Made by a program: the position numbers and the translations under genes. From a virus (Duplodnaviria; Heunggongvirae; Uroviricota; Caudoviricetes), in the IMG/VR virus record IMGVR_UViG_3300032241_002220, positions 25,376 to 89,375 of that record: a stretch of DNA of 64,000 nucleotides; one strand, 5' to 3'. Below the pieces are notes generated by a model. The model did not search any database, was not told where the DNA came from, and saw only the letters and a list, made by a program, of their open reading frames with translations. Below, one piece after another: positions 29,664 to 38,003 of this stretch (the first letter of the stretch is position 1; every line of letters starts with the position of its first letter).

Positions 29664-30704
29664 ATGTCGATTATTAAACAAGGTAGTCAATACACATTTG
29701 CTGATATCACTGCTAGTTATGAAGTACTGCCTAAGGGAGTGTATTTGATGAAACAGGATCAACAGGGAAACTTCTACCTAACACAGAAAGAGGATTTCGT
29801 TATGCCTAAAAAAATCTATGGCGATCATTCCATCACTAAACGTTGGTTGAAGTCATATAATGAGAACTCTGAAAAGAATATGGGTATTATCTTATCTGGT
29901 ATTAAAGGTTCGGGTAAAACCATTACTGCACAACAGTTTTGTATTCAATCAGGCTTACCAGTTGTTATTATTAATGAACCTTTCTCAGGACAGAATTTTG
30001 TTGATTTTTTAACAAACCCTAAACTTGGTAAATGCGTTATTTTCATTGATGAATTTGAAAAGATATATCCTGATAGTGGTAGGGATTCAACTAACGCAAA
30101 CGAGTTGTTGTCTTTGATGGACGGTAACTTCGCAACGCGCCTTATATTTTTACTTACTGTTAACGAGTTCAGGATAAACGAATACCTTGTAAACCGATTA
30201 AACCGTATCAAGTACCGTAAACACTACGAAGATTTAGATGAAAGCGTGGTTAGTGAAGTAATAGAGGATTTGCTTATAAACAAAGCACATACCGACTCCA
30301 TATACCAATTCTTTGATAGGATAAATATGTGTACTTTTGATTTGCTAGTTAATATAATCAAGGAAATGAACTTATTTGGTGAAGATGCTATATCATGTGG
30401 TAAACATCTAAACCTAAAAAGCGAAAATAAGTATTACGAGGTATTTGAAATATTTAAAGGTAAAGAATATCCATGCAATACTATAAATATGTGTGCTGGT
30501 GAAACTGAATTAGAAATTGAAAGAACAACAACTAATTATCTACCAGAACCTGATAAAGATTACCATTATATAACAATATCATTGATAGATTATCCACTTA
30601 AGAAATTATCAAATAAAACATCTATATTAAAAGCTAAAGATGTTGATGGTAAAGATGTGGAATTTAAATTAAAAGCACGTAGTTTTAATACTATGGTATT
30701 TTAA
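29664..30704 (+). CDS. AAA+ ATPase
   Basis: 346 aa. Walker A GIILSGIKGSGKT, Walker B VIFIDEFEK. Confidence 0.6.
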   Translation: MSIIKQGSQYTFADITASYEVLPKGVYLMKQDQQGNFYLTQKEDFVMPKKIYGDHSITKRWLKSYNENSEKNMGIILSGIKGSGKTITAQQFCIQSGLPVVIINEPFSGQNFVDFLTNPKLGKCVIFIDEFEKIYPDSGRDSTNANELLSLMDGNFATRLIFLLTVNEFRINEYLVNRLNRIKYRKHYEDLDESVVSEVIEDLLINKAHTDSIYQFFDRINMCTFDLLVNIIKEMNLFGEDAISCGKHLNLKSENKYYEVFEIFKGKEYPCNTINMCAGETELEIERTTTNYLPEPDKDYHYITISLIDYPLKKLSNKTSILKAKDVDGKDVEFKLKARSFNTMVF

Positions 30705-30711
30705 TAAGAAT

Positions 30712-30877
30712 AGTCAGGTGGCGGAATGTTAGACGCTATTAATCTTTGTTTTTAGTTCAGACGGATAGGCAAACGTAACATAAGACAGTGGAATATATTC
30801 TAGGATACGAAAGCCAAAGTTACTAGACAAACTGTTAAAAAAAATCTGAACGTGTGGGTTCAAGTCCCACCAGAATG
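30712..30877 (+). ncRNA. tRNA-like element (class II tRNA 5' acceptor/D-arm ... T-arm) with about 110-nt intervening sequence; not a foldable tRNA
   Basis: AGTCAGGTGGCGGAATGTTAGACGC is a canonical Leu/Ser-type acceptor + D-arm. GTGGGTTCAAGTCCCAC is a canonical T-arm 140 nt downstream. No 3' strand complementary to the acceptor. Confidence 0.3.
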
Positions 30878-30912
30878 GCATGAATTAAAAGCTAAAATAG
30901 AAAAATTAGAAA

Positions 30913-31356
30913 ATGAAAATGAAAACATATCAAGGTAAAATAAGGAATTTAGAACCAAACCAAGTATTTTGTTTTGGCTCTAATCCACTCGGAATTAACG
31001 GTTCGTTAAGAACTGGTAAGGGTGGATCAGCTTTATTTGCCTTAAAAAAAGGTTGGGTTAGACAAGGTGAAAGAATGAATAATTGTTTATCTTCTTGTGG
31101 TAAAGCATGGGGTATAGTCACCGTGACTGGACCTGGAAAGAAAAAATCTAAAACTCCGGAACAAATACAAGCGAATATATTAAAATTATATAGACATGCA
31201 GAAGCTAATTTTGGACAAGAGTTTTTAATTGCTTATACTGGAATTAACAATTATAATTTAAATGGGTATTCTAATAAAGAATTAGCAAAAATGTTTTCAA
31301 CTTTTCCAATACCTGATAATATAGTATTTGAAGAAGAATTCAGCACATTATTATGA
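30913..31356 (+). CDS. hypothetical protein
   Basis: 147 aa ORF. Confidence 0.45.
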   Translation: MKMKTYQGKIRNLEPNQVFCFGSNPLGINGSLRTGKGGSALFALKKGWVRQGERMNNCLSSCGKAWGIVTVTGPGKKKSKTPEQIQANILKLYRHAEANFGQEFLIAYTGINNYNLNGYSNKELAKMFSTFPIPDNIVFEEEFSTLL

Positions 31357-31445
31357 GCACCAAAATATACAATGCCGTTAGAATATCTAAAAAACTAGAT
31401 AAAGAAGCAAAAAGTGGGATGAATTAAAATTAAAAATACAACAAT

Positions 31446-31637
31446 ATGAGTGAAGTATTAACAGAATTACTAAAACAACGACAAGATGCTCAAAACAAAC
31501 TATACCAATTGGGTAAAGACGCAGTGCATCAACAACATGAAATAGCAGAAACTATCAAATCAATTGATAAAGCTATTACATCCATAAGCAATCATTCAGA
31601 GTACGATAAAGAATATGACGAAGATATTCACGATTAG
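31446..31637 (+). CDS. hypothetical coiled-coil protein
   Basis: 63 aa ORF. Confidence 0.35.
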   Translation: MSEVLTELLKQRQDAQNKLYQLGKDAVHQQHEIAETIKSIDKAITSISNHSEYDKEYDEDIHD

Positions 31638-31644
31638 TGAAATA

Positions 31645-31747
31645 GATATAATCTCTCGCGGGTTTTGTGTAAATCTCTATAAAAAGTTTGGAGAAACATA
31701 AAACCCGTCGTACATTTACGTCAATAAAGAAATAAAAAATAAACAAA
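31645..31747 (+). promoter_or_regulatory. compound promoter (box ATAATCTCTCGCGGG + hairpin + -7 TACATTTACG)
   Basis: CGGGTTTTGTG...CATAAAACCCG inverted repeat around AGTTTGGAG. ATG 31748. Confidence 0.6.
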
Positions 31748-32008
31748 ATGATACACGAATTAAAAACATTACCACAATATTTTCATCGAGTTTTCACAGG
31801 TGAAAAAACATTTGAAATACGTAAAAACGACAGAGATTTCCAAACAGGGGATGTATTACTTTTACAAGAATATCTACCAGAAGATGAAATATACAGTGGT
31901 CAAACAATCCGTGCTTCAGTAACCTATATCTTACAAGGTGGACAATTTGGAATTGAGCCGGGATATTGCGTTTTAGGAATCAAAGTATTTGGTGTAAATA
32001 AAAAATAA
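31748..32008 (+). CDS. ASCH/PUA-like small protein
   Basis: 86 aa. FEIRKNDRDFQTGD resembles the ASCH/DUF3850 motif. Conserved box + promoter upstream. Confidence 0.4.
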   Translation: MIHELKTLPQYFHRVFTGEKTFEIRKNDRDFQTGDVLLLQEYLPEDEIYSGQTIRASVTYILQGGQFGIEPGYCVLGIKVFGVNKK

Positions 32009-32049
32009 TTCCAAACCAACCGAAATCGGGGTAATTAAAATGATAAACT

Positions 32050-32268
32050 ATGTTTAAAAAGAAATACACAAAATGGATGCCATTAGGTAATTATAGTTGG
32101 GCTGGGGTAGATTTCATAGTCTTTGTACGAAGAAATATGAAAAATGGACTTTGCCAATTCAAAACAATACGAGTTCACACACGTTTTCGATTAGATTTAG
32201 TACCCAACGTATTGCCATCAACTTTAATAGACACTCGTAAAGCATGGAACGAATTAATTAACCAATAA
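32050..32268 (+). CDS. hypothetical protein
   Basis: 72 aa ORF. Confidence 0.35.
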   Translation: MFKKKYTKWMPLGNYSWAGVDFIVFVRRNMKNGLCQFKTIRVHTRFRLDLVPNVLPSTLIDTRKAWNELINQ

Positions 32269-32278
32269 AACATAAACT

Positions 32279-32587
32279 ATGCACAAAGAAATTGATATCG
32301 ATATAGTTGCTAAAGGCGAGGAATTGTACCCAATTGATATACACGGTGTGTCAGCTGATGTTTATGAAGGGCGTGAAGAAGAAATGGATTATAACTTTCA
32401 AGAACGCCAAGCCTACCAACAAGGCGCAATGGATGAACGCCAAAGAATAAATGAAGAAATATCCAAAATAGAAAGTTGGATAACAGAAAATAGACCACAC
32501 TTAACAGGCTTAGGCGCATTAACCGCTATGTTAAAACAAGTTAAGGCAGTTGAAACATTACCTTTACAAATCACTAAATCAAACTAA
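32279..32587 (+). CDS. hypothetical protein
   Basis: 102 aa ORF. Confidence 0.4.
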   Translation: MHKEIDIDIVAKGEELYPIDIHGVSADVYEGREEEMDYNFQERQAYQQGAMDERQRINEEISKIESWITENRPHLTGLGALTAMLKQVKAVETLPLQITKSN

Positions 32588-32597
32588 AATTAAACAT

Positions 32598-32843
32598 ATG
32601 GGATTCAATTACAATTTAGGAGACGACCAAATGCGAATGATTAATAAATTTGGTAAGGTAAGTAAAAATAATAATGATGAAACAGATCGTAACAGTCCAC
32701 GTTTTGATCCAACTACTTTACCTTTAAAAGAACAATTAGAATGGTTTGAGGAAAAGAAAGCAAAAGCCGCAGAAGCAAAATATAAAGCAGCTGCTGAAGC
32801 TAGATCAGCTAAACCAATTGTACGAACTACATTACGTAAATAA
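32598..32843 (+). CDS. hypothetical protein
   Basis: Internal ATG of track ORF 32550..32843 (MGFNYNLGDD...), chosen to avoid overlap. Confidence 0.35.
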   Translation: MGFNYNLGDDQMRMINKFGKVSKNNNDETDRNSPRFDPTTLPLKEQLEWFEEKKAKAAEAKYKAAAEARSAKPIVRTTLRK

Positions 32844-32884
32844 TTACATAATATGAAAGAAAAACTATCGGACAAATTAATGAT

Positions 32885-33091
32885 GTGTTGGATGAATATT
32901 TCCAATTAGATCAACTTAGATTTATTGACAAATGGGTGAGAGACCCTAACAATAAATGGAAACAAGAAAGGGTTGATAAAGCTATTAACCTATTAGACGA
33001 ATATAGAGAAAAACGTGCTAATCTAATCAAAGAAGATAAAGAAAAAAACGGAATGGCAATGGCGGGGCGACTACAAACAATACCACTATAA
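32885..33091 (+). CDS. hypothetical protein
   Basis: 68 aa ORF. Confidence 0.35.
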   Translation: MLDEYFQLDQLRFIDKWVRDPNNKWKQERVDKAINLLDEYREKRANLIKEDKEKNGMAMAGRLQTIPL

Positions 33092-33232
33092 TAAATCCAG
33101 ATACAACCAACGCCCATACACCAAACGAGATAGATAATAAAATAAATCAACTATATACACCGACGAGGAAAACACCCAATGATATAGATGATATAACACG
33201 AGTAAAACGCCCAACTAGTAGATAGATAGCAA

Positions 33233-33321
33233 TAACCGAATGGGTGAGGATCGACGTTGTTTTAGGCCTGTAATGTGTGACCAACGGTGGGGAAACGGGT
33301 GGGTGAATGGGTGGGTGAGGG
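33233..33321. repeat. G-rich short tandem repeats (AATGGGTGAGG, ACGGGTGGGTGA, ATGGGTGGGTGAGGG) with G-quadruplex potential
   Basis: GGTGGGG...GGGTGGGTGAATGGGTGGGTGAGGG: at least 5 GGG runs within 35 nt, inside a 380-bp ORF-free segment. Confidence 0.6.
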
Positions 33322-33399
33322 TATAGTATGTGGAAGTTATATGGCGGAACGTGGAGATGGTGATTTTCGCGGAGATAACCCTTTTTCCTCGCGCATCCA

Positions 33400-33486
33400 A
33401 CCACCTCCGATCGATAAAGTATATACGAGAATCGCGTGGAAATGCGATTTTCTTGTCGTATATTTACGTCAAATAATAAAAAACAT
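33400..33486 (+). promoter_or_regulatory. promoter with AATCGC-GTGGAAAT-GCGATT hairpin over the -33 region + -7 TATATTTACG
   Basis: Same hairpin-over--33 architecture. ATG 33487. Confidence 0.5.
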
Positions 33487-33589
33487 GAAAAAATTAACTG
33501 GATTAGAAATGATTATGTTGGCCTCTATGGTGATAGTTGGAACAGGAGTGCTATGGTTTATAATGTTTCTAATAGCTTTGGTGGGATAA
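33487..33589 (+). CDS. very small membrane protein
   Basis: MKKLTGLEMIMLASMVIVGTGVLWFIMFLIALVG. ATG 20 nt after a conserved promoter. The track ORF 33287 extends upstream into a non-coding G-rich repeat. Confidence 0.4.
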
Positions 33590-33894
33590 TTGCGATTTTC
33601 CCATATCTTCCCATATGTATAACCGATAAGCGAATTCGACTTTGGGATAACGCTGGTTTCCCCAACAAAGTAGCACGGCCTAGGCACGCAAAATGTTATA
33701 GCTTAATATTATCATGAGGTCGGACGGATAAATCCTCACAATAACGTTCAAAGAGAATAGGCAGCTCAACATAATGTCTCAGGAATAGATACCTGGTCAA
33801 ATGCTCTAACGGTAAAAAATTTAAAACTTGCATATAAATGCAGGCTATCATACTGCTCGGCACGATAAATAAACCTTATCACAGAAATATTTGG

Positions 33895-33944
33895 TAAATC
33901 GAAACACCGGTCGTATATTTACGTCAATAAAGAAATAAAGCGAT
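33895..33944 (+). promoter_or_regulatory. promoter (GTCGTATATTTACGTCAATAAAGAAATAAAG)
   Basis: ATG 33945. Confidence 0.55.
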
Positions 33945-34139
33945 ATGAATATACAAGAATTAAAAGAAAAAGTGGTATTAACAGCCGAAGAGCGTGATTT
34001 GGTAAATTCAGTAAACCCGGAATGGGTTGAAGAGTTTTTGTTTCACCATTCATGGAATAACACTTATCTAAATTTATCTGTATATTCAGAAGTTGAACAT
34101 GACCGACGTCAGTTTGAAATGGAAACGGGTATTTTTTAA
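33945..34139 (+). CDS. hypothetical protein
   Basis: 64 aa. Conserved promoter upstream. Confidence 0.45.
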   Translation: MNIQELKEKVVLTAEERDLVNSVNPEWVEEFLFHHSWNNTYLNLSVYSEVEHDRRQFEMETGIF

Positions 34140-34213
34140 AAATAGTTTGGTTACCTGAAGAAATGGTCGTAGATTTAACACATAATAATAATAACAATAA
34201 AAATAAAACAGTT

Positions 34214-34468
34214 ATGAAAAACACAGAAACACAATCAGTAAAACGCGGTCGTCCAGTTAGCACAAATAGTGCTCGTCAAGCAAGATTAGCAGCATGGGAA
34301 GCTAAACGTGCTAGCGGAATGGAAGTAAAACGCGGTCGTCCGGCTAAAGCAAAAACAACAAACGATGCTCCTAAAACACCGGAAATGCCTGTTGCTCGTA
34401 GGAAATCAGCAGTAAACAAAAACACAGATGTGGTAGTGATAGATAATATCAACCCAGAAAATAATTAA
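34214..34468 (+). CDS. AT-hook-like DNA-binding protein
   Basis: Two KRGRP motifs. Start set at the internal ATG after a promoter-like variant. Confidence 0.35.
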   Translation: MKNTETQSVKRGRPVSTNSARQARLAAWEAKRASGMEVKRGRPAKAKTTNDAPKTPEMPVARRKSAVNKNTDVVVIDNINPENN

Positions 34469-34523
34469 AGATACATTCAGTAAGCAGGGGCAAAGTCTGA
34501 ATTAAAACAAAATGTTGCCCATA

Positions 34524-34605
34524 TAGTCAGGTGGTGGAATTGGATAGACACAACCTCGCTCGGAGGTATAAGCGCAAACTTACAGGTTCGAATCCTGTCC
34601 TGACT
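34524..34605 (+). ncRNA. tRNA-like gene (class II architecture) with defective anticodon arm
   Basis: Acceptor AGTCAGG/CCTGACT is perfect. D-arm GTG..CAC. Variable hairpin TAAGCGCAAACTTA. T-arm ACAGGTTCGAATCCTGT. The anticodon stem ACCTC/GAGGT encloses only 5 nt (GCTCG). Confidence 0.4.
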
Positions 34606-34714
34606 ACAGATACTCTAACAGGCGCCAACCTGTCCCTATGGCGGGGCTAAGTAGAGTCAGTATTTTAAAACATAAAAATCAAAAAATAGGGCCTTTGTTT
34701 TTTATTATAATACG

Positions 34715-34870
34715 TTCCGGGCCGGTGCCGGGGTAAGATCTGGTGCCGGCCGTACGGCGTATATATTATGATAGTATTAGGATACCACGCGCGCTGATGT
34801 CCATCGATACGGCGGGCGGTGGAGAAAAGGATTAGATTAAAAGACAGAGCCTCTACAAATCCTCCACCAC
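34715..34870. repeat. GC-rich palindromic island (CCGGGCCGGTGCCGGGG / GGTGCCGGCCG, CGCGCGC, GGTGGAG...CTCCACC long hairpin)
   Basis: About 60% GC over 150 bp in a roughly 30% GC genome. Repeated GGTGCCGG. Non-coding. Confidence 0.55.
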
Positions 34871-34973
34871 CGATTGTATATACCTATATACTACCCCCAT
34901 TCATGGATTGGTTTTTCGAAATGGCAAACTTTTCTAAAATCCACAAAAAACAAAAAGAAAGATCTTTATAAAA

Positions 34974-35025
34974 AATTTGGAAACCACAAAATATATACGT
35001 ATATTTAAGTATAAATTAAAACAAT
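34974..35025 (+). promoter_or_regulatory. promoter variant (TTTGGAAACCACAAAATATATACGTATATTTAAGTATAAATTAAAAC)
   Basis: ATG 35026. Shares the TATATTTAAGTATAA form with the tRNA-array promoters. Confidence 0.5.
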
Positions 35026-35412
35026 ATGAAAAAATTCGATTTACAAACAGCATTAAATCATCCCGAAAAAGTAACAGATAGTTGTAACAATAAATTTGTA
35101 AAATTCTATCTTATTAAAGAATTAAAAAAACAAACCCAATTAATAGGAATACAAGAGGATGGTTGTGGGATGTGGTATACTGAAAAAGGAAATGTATATC
35201 ATAATTCTATATCAAATTTTGATTTATGTATGCGCCCAGAAGAAAAAGTGAGTTATGTAAATGTTTATGAAAATGGTGATACGGGACCAGCCCATGATTC
35301 TATAGAATTAGTTAAAAAAAATATGGCTACGGGAGAGGTTGTGTTATGTATTTTAAAGATCACTATCACAGATGGTAAGGATGTAACTACAGAAATCGTT
35401 CACAAATATTAA
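35026..35412 (+). CDS. hypothetical protein
   Basis: 128 aa. Promoter variant upstream. Confidence 0.5.
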   Translation: MKKFDLQTALNHPEKVTDSCNNKFVKFYLIKELKKQTQLIGIQEDGCGMWYTEKGNVYHNSISNFDLCMRPEEKVSYVNVYENGDTGPAHDSIELVKKNMATGEVVLCILKITITDGKDVTTEIVHKY

Positions 35413-35413
35413 T

Positions 35414-35737
35414 ATGAAAAAACTTATACTAATACCGTTATTGGCTTTATATTCCAGTATTCAAGCCCAGTGTGTGGTTGCTTTACCAACGGCTTTTACG
35501 CCAAATAAAGATGGTTTAAATGATACTTTTAAAGCCATTGGAAGTGGTTATATAGTTCACGATTTTATTATCTTTAACCGTTGGGGAAACAAGGTGTTTG
35601 AATCAACAAACAATATGGGTTGGAATGGTGTAACCAATGGAATAGAACAAGATCCGGGTGTATATATGTACTATCTAGTGTATGATTGTAATGGTGAGGA
35701 AAAATATATAAAGTCAACAGTAAATCTAATTCGATAA
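35414..35737 (+). CDS. secreted protein with T9SS/gliding-motility C-terminal sorting domain
   Basis: 107 aa. Signal peptide. FTPNKDGLNDTF...IFNRWGNKVFEST...WNG matches the Bacteroidetes type-B CTD motif. Confidence 0.55.
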   Translation: MKKLILIPLLALYSSIQAQCVVALPTAFTPNKDGLNDTFKAIGSGYIVHDFIIFNRWGNKVFESTNNMGWNGVTNGIEQDPGVYMYYLVYDCNGEEKYIKSTVNLIR

Positions 35738-35741
35738 AATT

Positions 35742-36191
35742 ATGAACATAGTAGAAACACCAGGGCAATATGGCACTGTTAAAAAATCATACGCAAATGT
35801 TGATTTAAAATATAAAAACTTCGCCAAACAAGTAAGAGTGTTACCAGCACCTTACTTTGACCAGCCCCACGTTTATTTCACCTTAAAAGCGATTCATGAG
35901 CCGGGTGAAAAAGGATGGCCAAAAGGAGGAATTGAGGTTTACAGTGATGGAGGAGGAGTTTATAACTATGAATTAGATCAAGTTATAGTACATCCGTATG
36001 TTTTGGGTGTTAAAAAGTTTGGTCCCGAAAAAGAACCAAAACCGGAAAATACAACAAGCAAATATGTTGCAACCGGTGGTAAAAGAGGTCGTAAACCGTT
36101 GGATCCGGAAACCAAAGCTCAACGCGAAGCCGATAAAGCTCAACGAGCAGCAAAAAGTGGAGGAAAACGCGGTCGTCCTAAAAAGAAATAG
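35742..36191 (+). CDS. hypothetical protein with C-terminal AT-hook-like basic tail
   Basis: GGKRGRKP...GGKRGRPKKK. Confidence 0.45.
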   Translation: MNIVETPGQYGTVKKSYANVDLKYKNFAKQVRVLPAPYFDQPHVYFTLKAIHEPGEKGWPKGGIEVYSDGGGVYNYELDQVIVHPYVLGVKKFGPEKEPKPENTTSKYVATGGKRGRKPLDPETKAQREADKAQRAAKSGGKRGRPKKK

Positions 36192-36213
36192 TAGTCATGT
36201 TTTGTTTTTGAAG

Positions 36214-36235
36214 AGGTCTTTTCTAAGACCTTTTC
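36214..36235 (+). terminator. rho-independent terminator
   Basis: AGGTCTT-ttct-AAGACCT + TTTCG. Confidence 0.5.
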
Positions 36236-36317
36236 GCATCTACCCAATATATACGTATATCTTGCTGTTAGATCAAAATTATTAAAATATTTATATAAGT
36301 AATAAATTAAACCCAGA

Positions 36318-36719
36318 ATGCTTCGTTTATCTAAAACAAAGTTTAGACGCATATCCAATCAAATATTGGATTTATGCCCTCACTATATGGGTTACCCTCA
36401 TATGTCTAAATCTGTGTTTATTTTACCGAAATTAAGCATTCATTATAGTGATGTTCCGTGGTGTGGTGTGTTTCATAATTATGATTTGATTATTAGAATA
36501 TATCCTCGTCGTATCAAATCTAAAATGGATTTGGTTCGAACTATAATACATGAATATACTCATTATGTTCAGATGTATAATTCTCCGAGAATGGATCATA
36601 GATATACAAAATTAAATGATTTGCTGGGATATAAGGATAATCCGTTTGAAATTGAGGCTAGGGAAAATGAGATTAAACATATGCGCAAGGTATATGCAAG
36701 AGTGGCTCATATATTTTAG
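36318..36719 (+). CDS. putative zinc metallopeptidase (HExxH)
   Basis: TIIHEYTHYVQ motif. Confidence 0.35.
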   Translation: MLRLSKTKFRRISNQILDLCPHYMGYPHMSKSVFILPKLSIHYSDVPWCGVFHNYDLIIRIYPRRIKSKMDLVRTIIHEYTHYVQMYNSPRMDHRYTKLNDLLGYKDNPFEIEARENEIKHMRKVYARVAHIF

Positions 36720-36804
36720 TATATACGTATTTAAGTGGAGGGGAGTATGTAATGCAGCATTGCGGGGTTGAAAATATATAATATTTATAATAAAAGAAAA
36801 AATT

Positions 36805-37062
36805 ATGGATTACCCTAAAATTGTAAACGGCGCCCTTACTGTGGTTGCTGAATTTGAAGAAGGATGTTTAGATCCTCTTAGTCTTTATTCTATTGCTTTC
36901 ATTAATGGTGAAGGTGGAATTTCTTTCTATGGTGCAGAAACTGATGCTGAATTTGTAGCTTTGGCTAATCATTTAGGTGGTTCATGTACTGATGTTGCTA
37001 GTGCTACTGCTTATGTACATAGTTTAGGACATAAACCGTTTTTCAACGGTACAGCACTGTAA
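36805..37062 (+). CDS. hypothetical protein
   Basis: 85 aa ORF. Confidence 0.4.
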   Translation: MDYPKIVNGALTVVAEFEEGCLDPLSLYSIAFINGEGGISFYGAETDAEFVALANHLGGSCTDVASATAYVHSLGHKPFFNGTAL

Positions 37063-37083
37063 AGGCTTTTGAAATTTATGGAA

Positions 37084-37136
37084 AAATGTGTGGAGGAGCG
37101 AAAGCTCCTTCGTATATTTACATAAATAAAAAGCTT
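37084..37136 (+). promoter_or_regulatory. promoter: TGTGG + GGAGGAGC-GAAA-GCTCCTTC hairpin + TATATTTACATAAATAAAAAGCTT
   Basis: GNRA-loop hairpin in the spacer. ATG 37137. Confidence 0.55.
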
Positions 37137-37919
37137 ATGAAAAATTTAAATTTTATTCCACTTAACAACGATGTGAACAAATTAATTGCTTTTACACCTT
37201 CATTAGATGGTGGATGGCGGAAAAACCAAAGGATTGAATCTAAACCTTTTTATACTGAAACATTGGATGTTGTAAAAATGTTACAAAAGGAAGGATGGAG
37301 AGTAGATGGTTCGTATGAAAATAGAAATAAAGCATCTCGTAAAATAGGTAAACATTGTGTTCGTTTATCTCATCCTGATTTAGGAATAAAAATTCAGGGT
37401 AAAAATGAAGGTTTTGCTAGTATGTACTTAACTAATAGCTGTAATGGTTCATCTCCATTAAATATGGATTTTGGAATGTATCGCCAAGTTTGTTCAAATG
37501 GTTTAGTTGTTAAAGATATTTATGCTGATTCAAAAATCAAACATACTGAAAAAGATTATAATCGTTTACCTCAAATTATTGCAGGTTTGGAATCTAAGAT
37601 TCAACCTATGTTTCGAAAATTTGAACATTTAAAAAATGTTACTTTAACAGATAAACAAATGAGAGATCTTGCTAAAGAAGCATCACTTATTCGTTTTGAA
37701 CAAGATCATAAAATCAATACAGATCAATTGCTTAGTGTTCGTCGTGTTGAAGATGAAGGAAACAATCTATGGGCTGTTTATAATCGCATACAAGAAAATT
37801 TAACACAGCCTAATATGTTAATAGATGAAAAAGGTAATTTAATTAGTGATATATCTAATCCGTTAGTTGACATTAGTATTAATCAAGGTTTATACGATCT
37901 TGTTGAAGCTTATGCATAG
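37137..37919 (+). CDS. hypothetical protein, paralog A (DUF932-like?)
   Basis: Start placed after the conserved promoter (track ORF 37086 runs through it). Shares LTNSxxG...F..VC.NGLV with the next gene. Confidence 0.5.
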   Translation: MKNLNFIPLNNDVNKLIAFTPSLDGGWRKNQRIESKPFYTETLDVVKMLQKEGWRVDGSYENRNKASRKIGKHCVRLSHPDLGIKIQGKNEGFASMYLTNSCNGSSPLNMDFGMYRQVCSNGLVVKDIYADSKIKHTEKDYNRLPQIIAGLESKIQPMFRKFEHLKNVTLTDKQMRDLAKEASLIRFEQDHKINTDQLLSVRRVEDEGNNLWAVYNRIQENLTQPNMLIDEKGNLISDISNPLVDISINQGLYDLVEAYA

Positions 37920-37937
37920 TTAAAAAACTATGTACAG

Positions 37938-38003
37938 GAAATTTGGTTATCTAAAAAATCGTTCGTATATTTACGTATATTAAAAAATTAAAAAATCAAG
38001 GTT
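37938..38003 (+). promoter_or_regulatory. Bacteroidetes-type promoter (TTTGGTTATCTAAAAAATCGTTCGTATATTTACGTATATTAAAAAATTAAAAAATC)
   Basis: ATG 38004. Confidence 0.6.

Noticed and set aside
30712-30877. Calling the 30712 element a complete tRNA-Leu/Ser gene
   Set aside because: No 3' acceptor strand complementary to AGTCAGG exists within 250 nt. It is kept only as a tRNA-like element.
33147-33486. ORFs 33147..33404 (-), 33215..33400 (-) and the upstream part of 33287..33589 (+)
   Set aside because: They translate the G-rich / C-rich repeat tract (PPIHPPVSPP, GEWVGEG). The conserved promoter sits inside them with ATG 33487 downstream. Only the short membrane ORF 33487-33589 is kept.
34524-34900. 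Integration module (attP + integrase) at the tRNA-like gene
   Set aside because: No tyrosine/serine recombinase or excisionase candidate is visible in this window, so the tRNA-like element and GC island are reported as observations only.
36243-36740. ATATATACGTAT-type sequences at 36250 and 36720 as additional promoters
   Set aside because: They share only the TATACGTAT core and lack the -33 TTTGG and the A-rich leader at fixed spacing. Left uncalled.
37086-37136. Upstream 17 codons of track ORF 37086..37919
   Set aside because: They would run through the conserved promoter and hairpin. The ATG at 37137, 20 nt after the motif, matches the spacing seen at every other copy.
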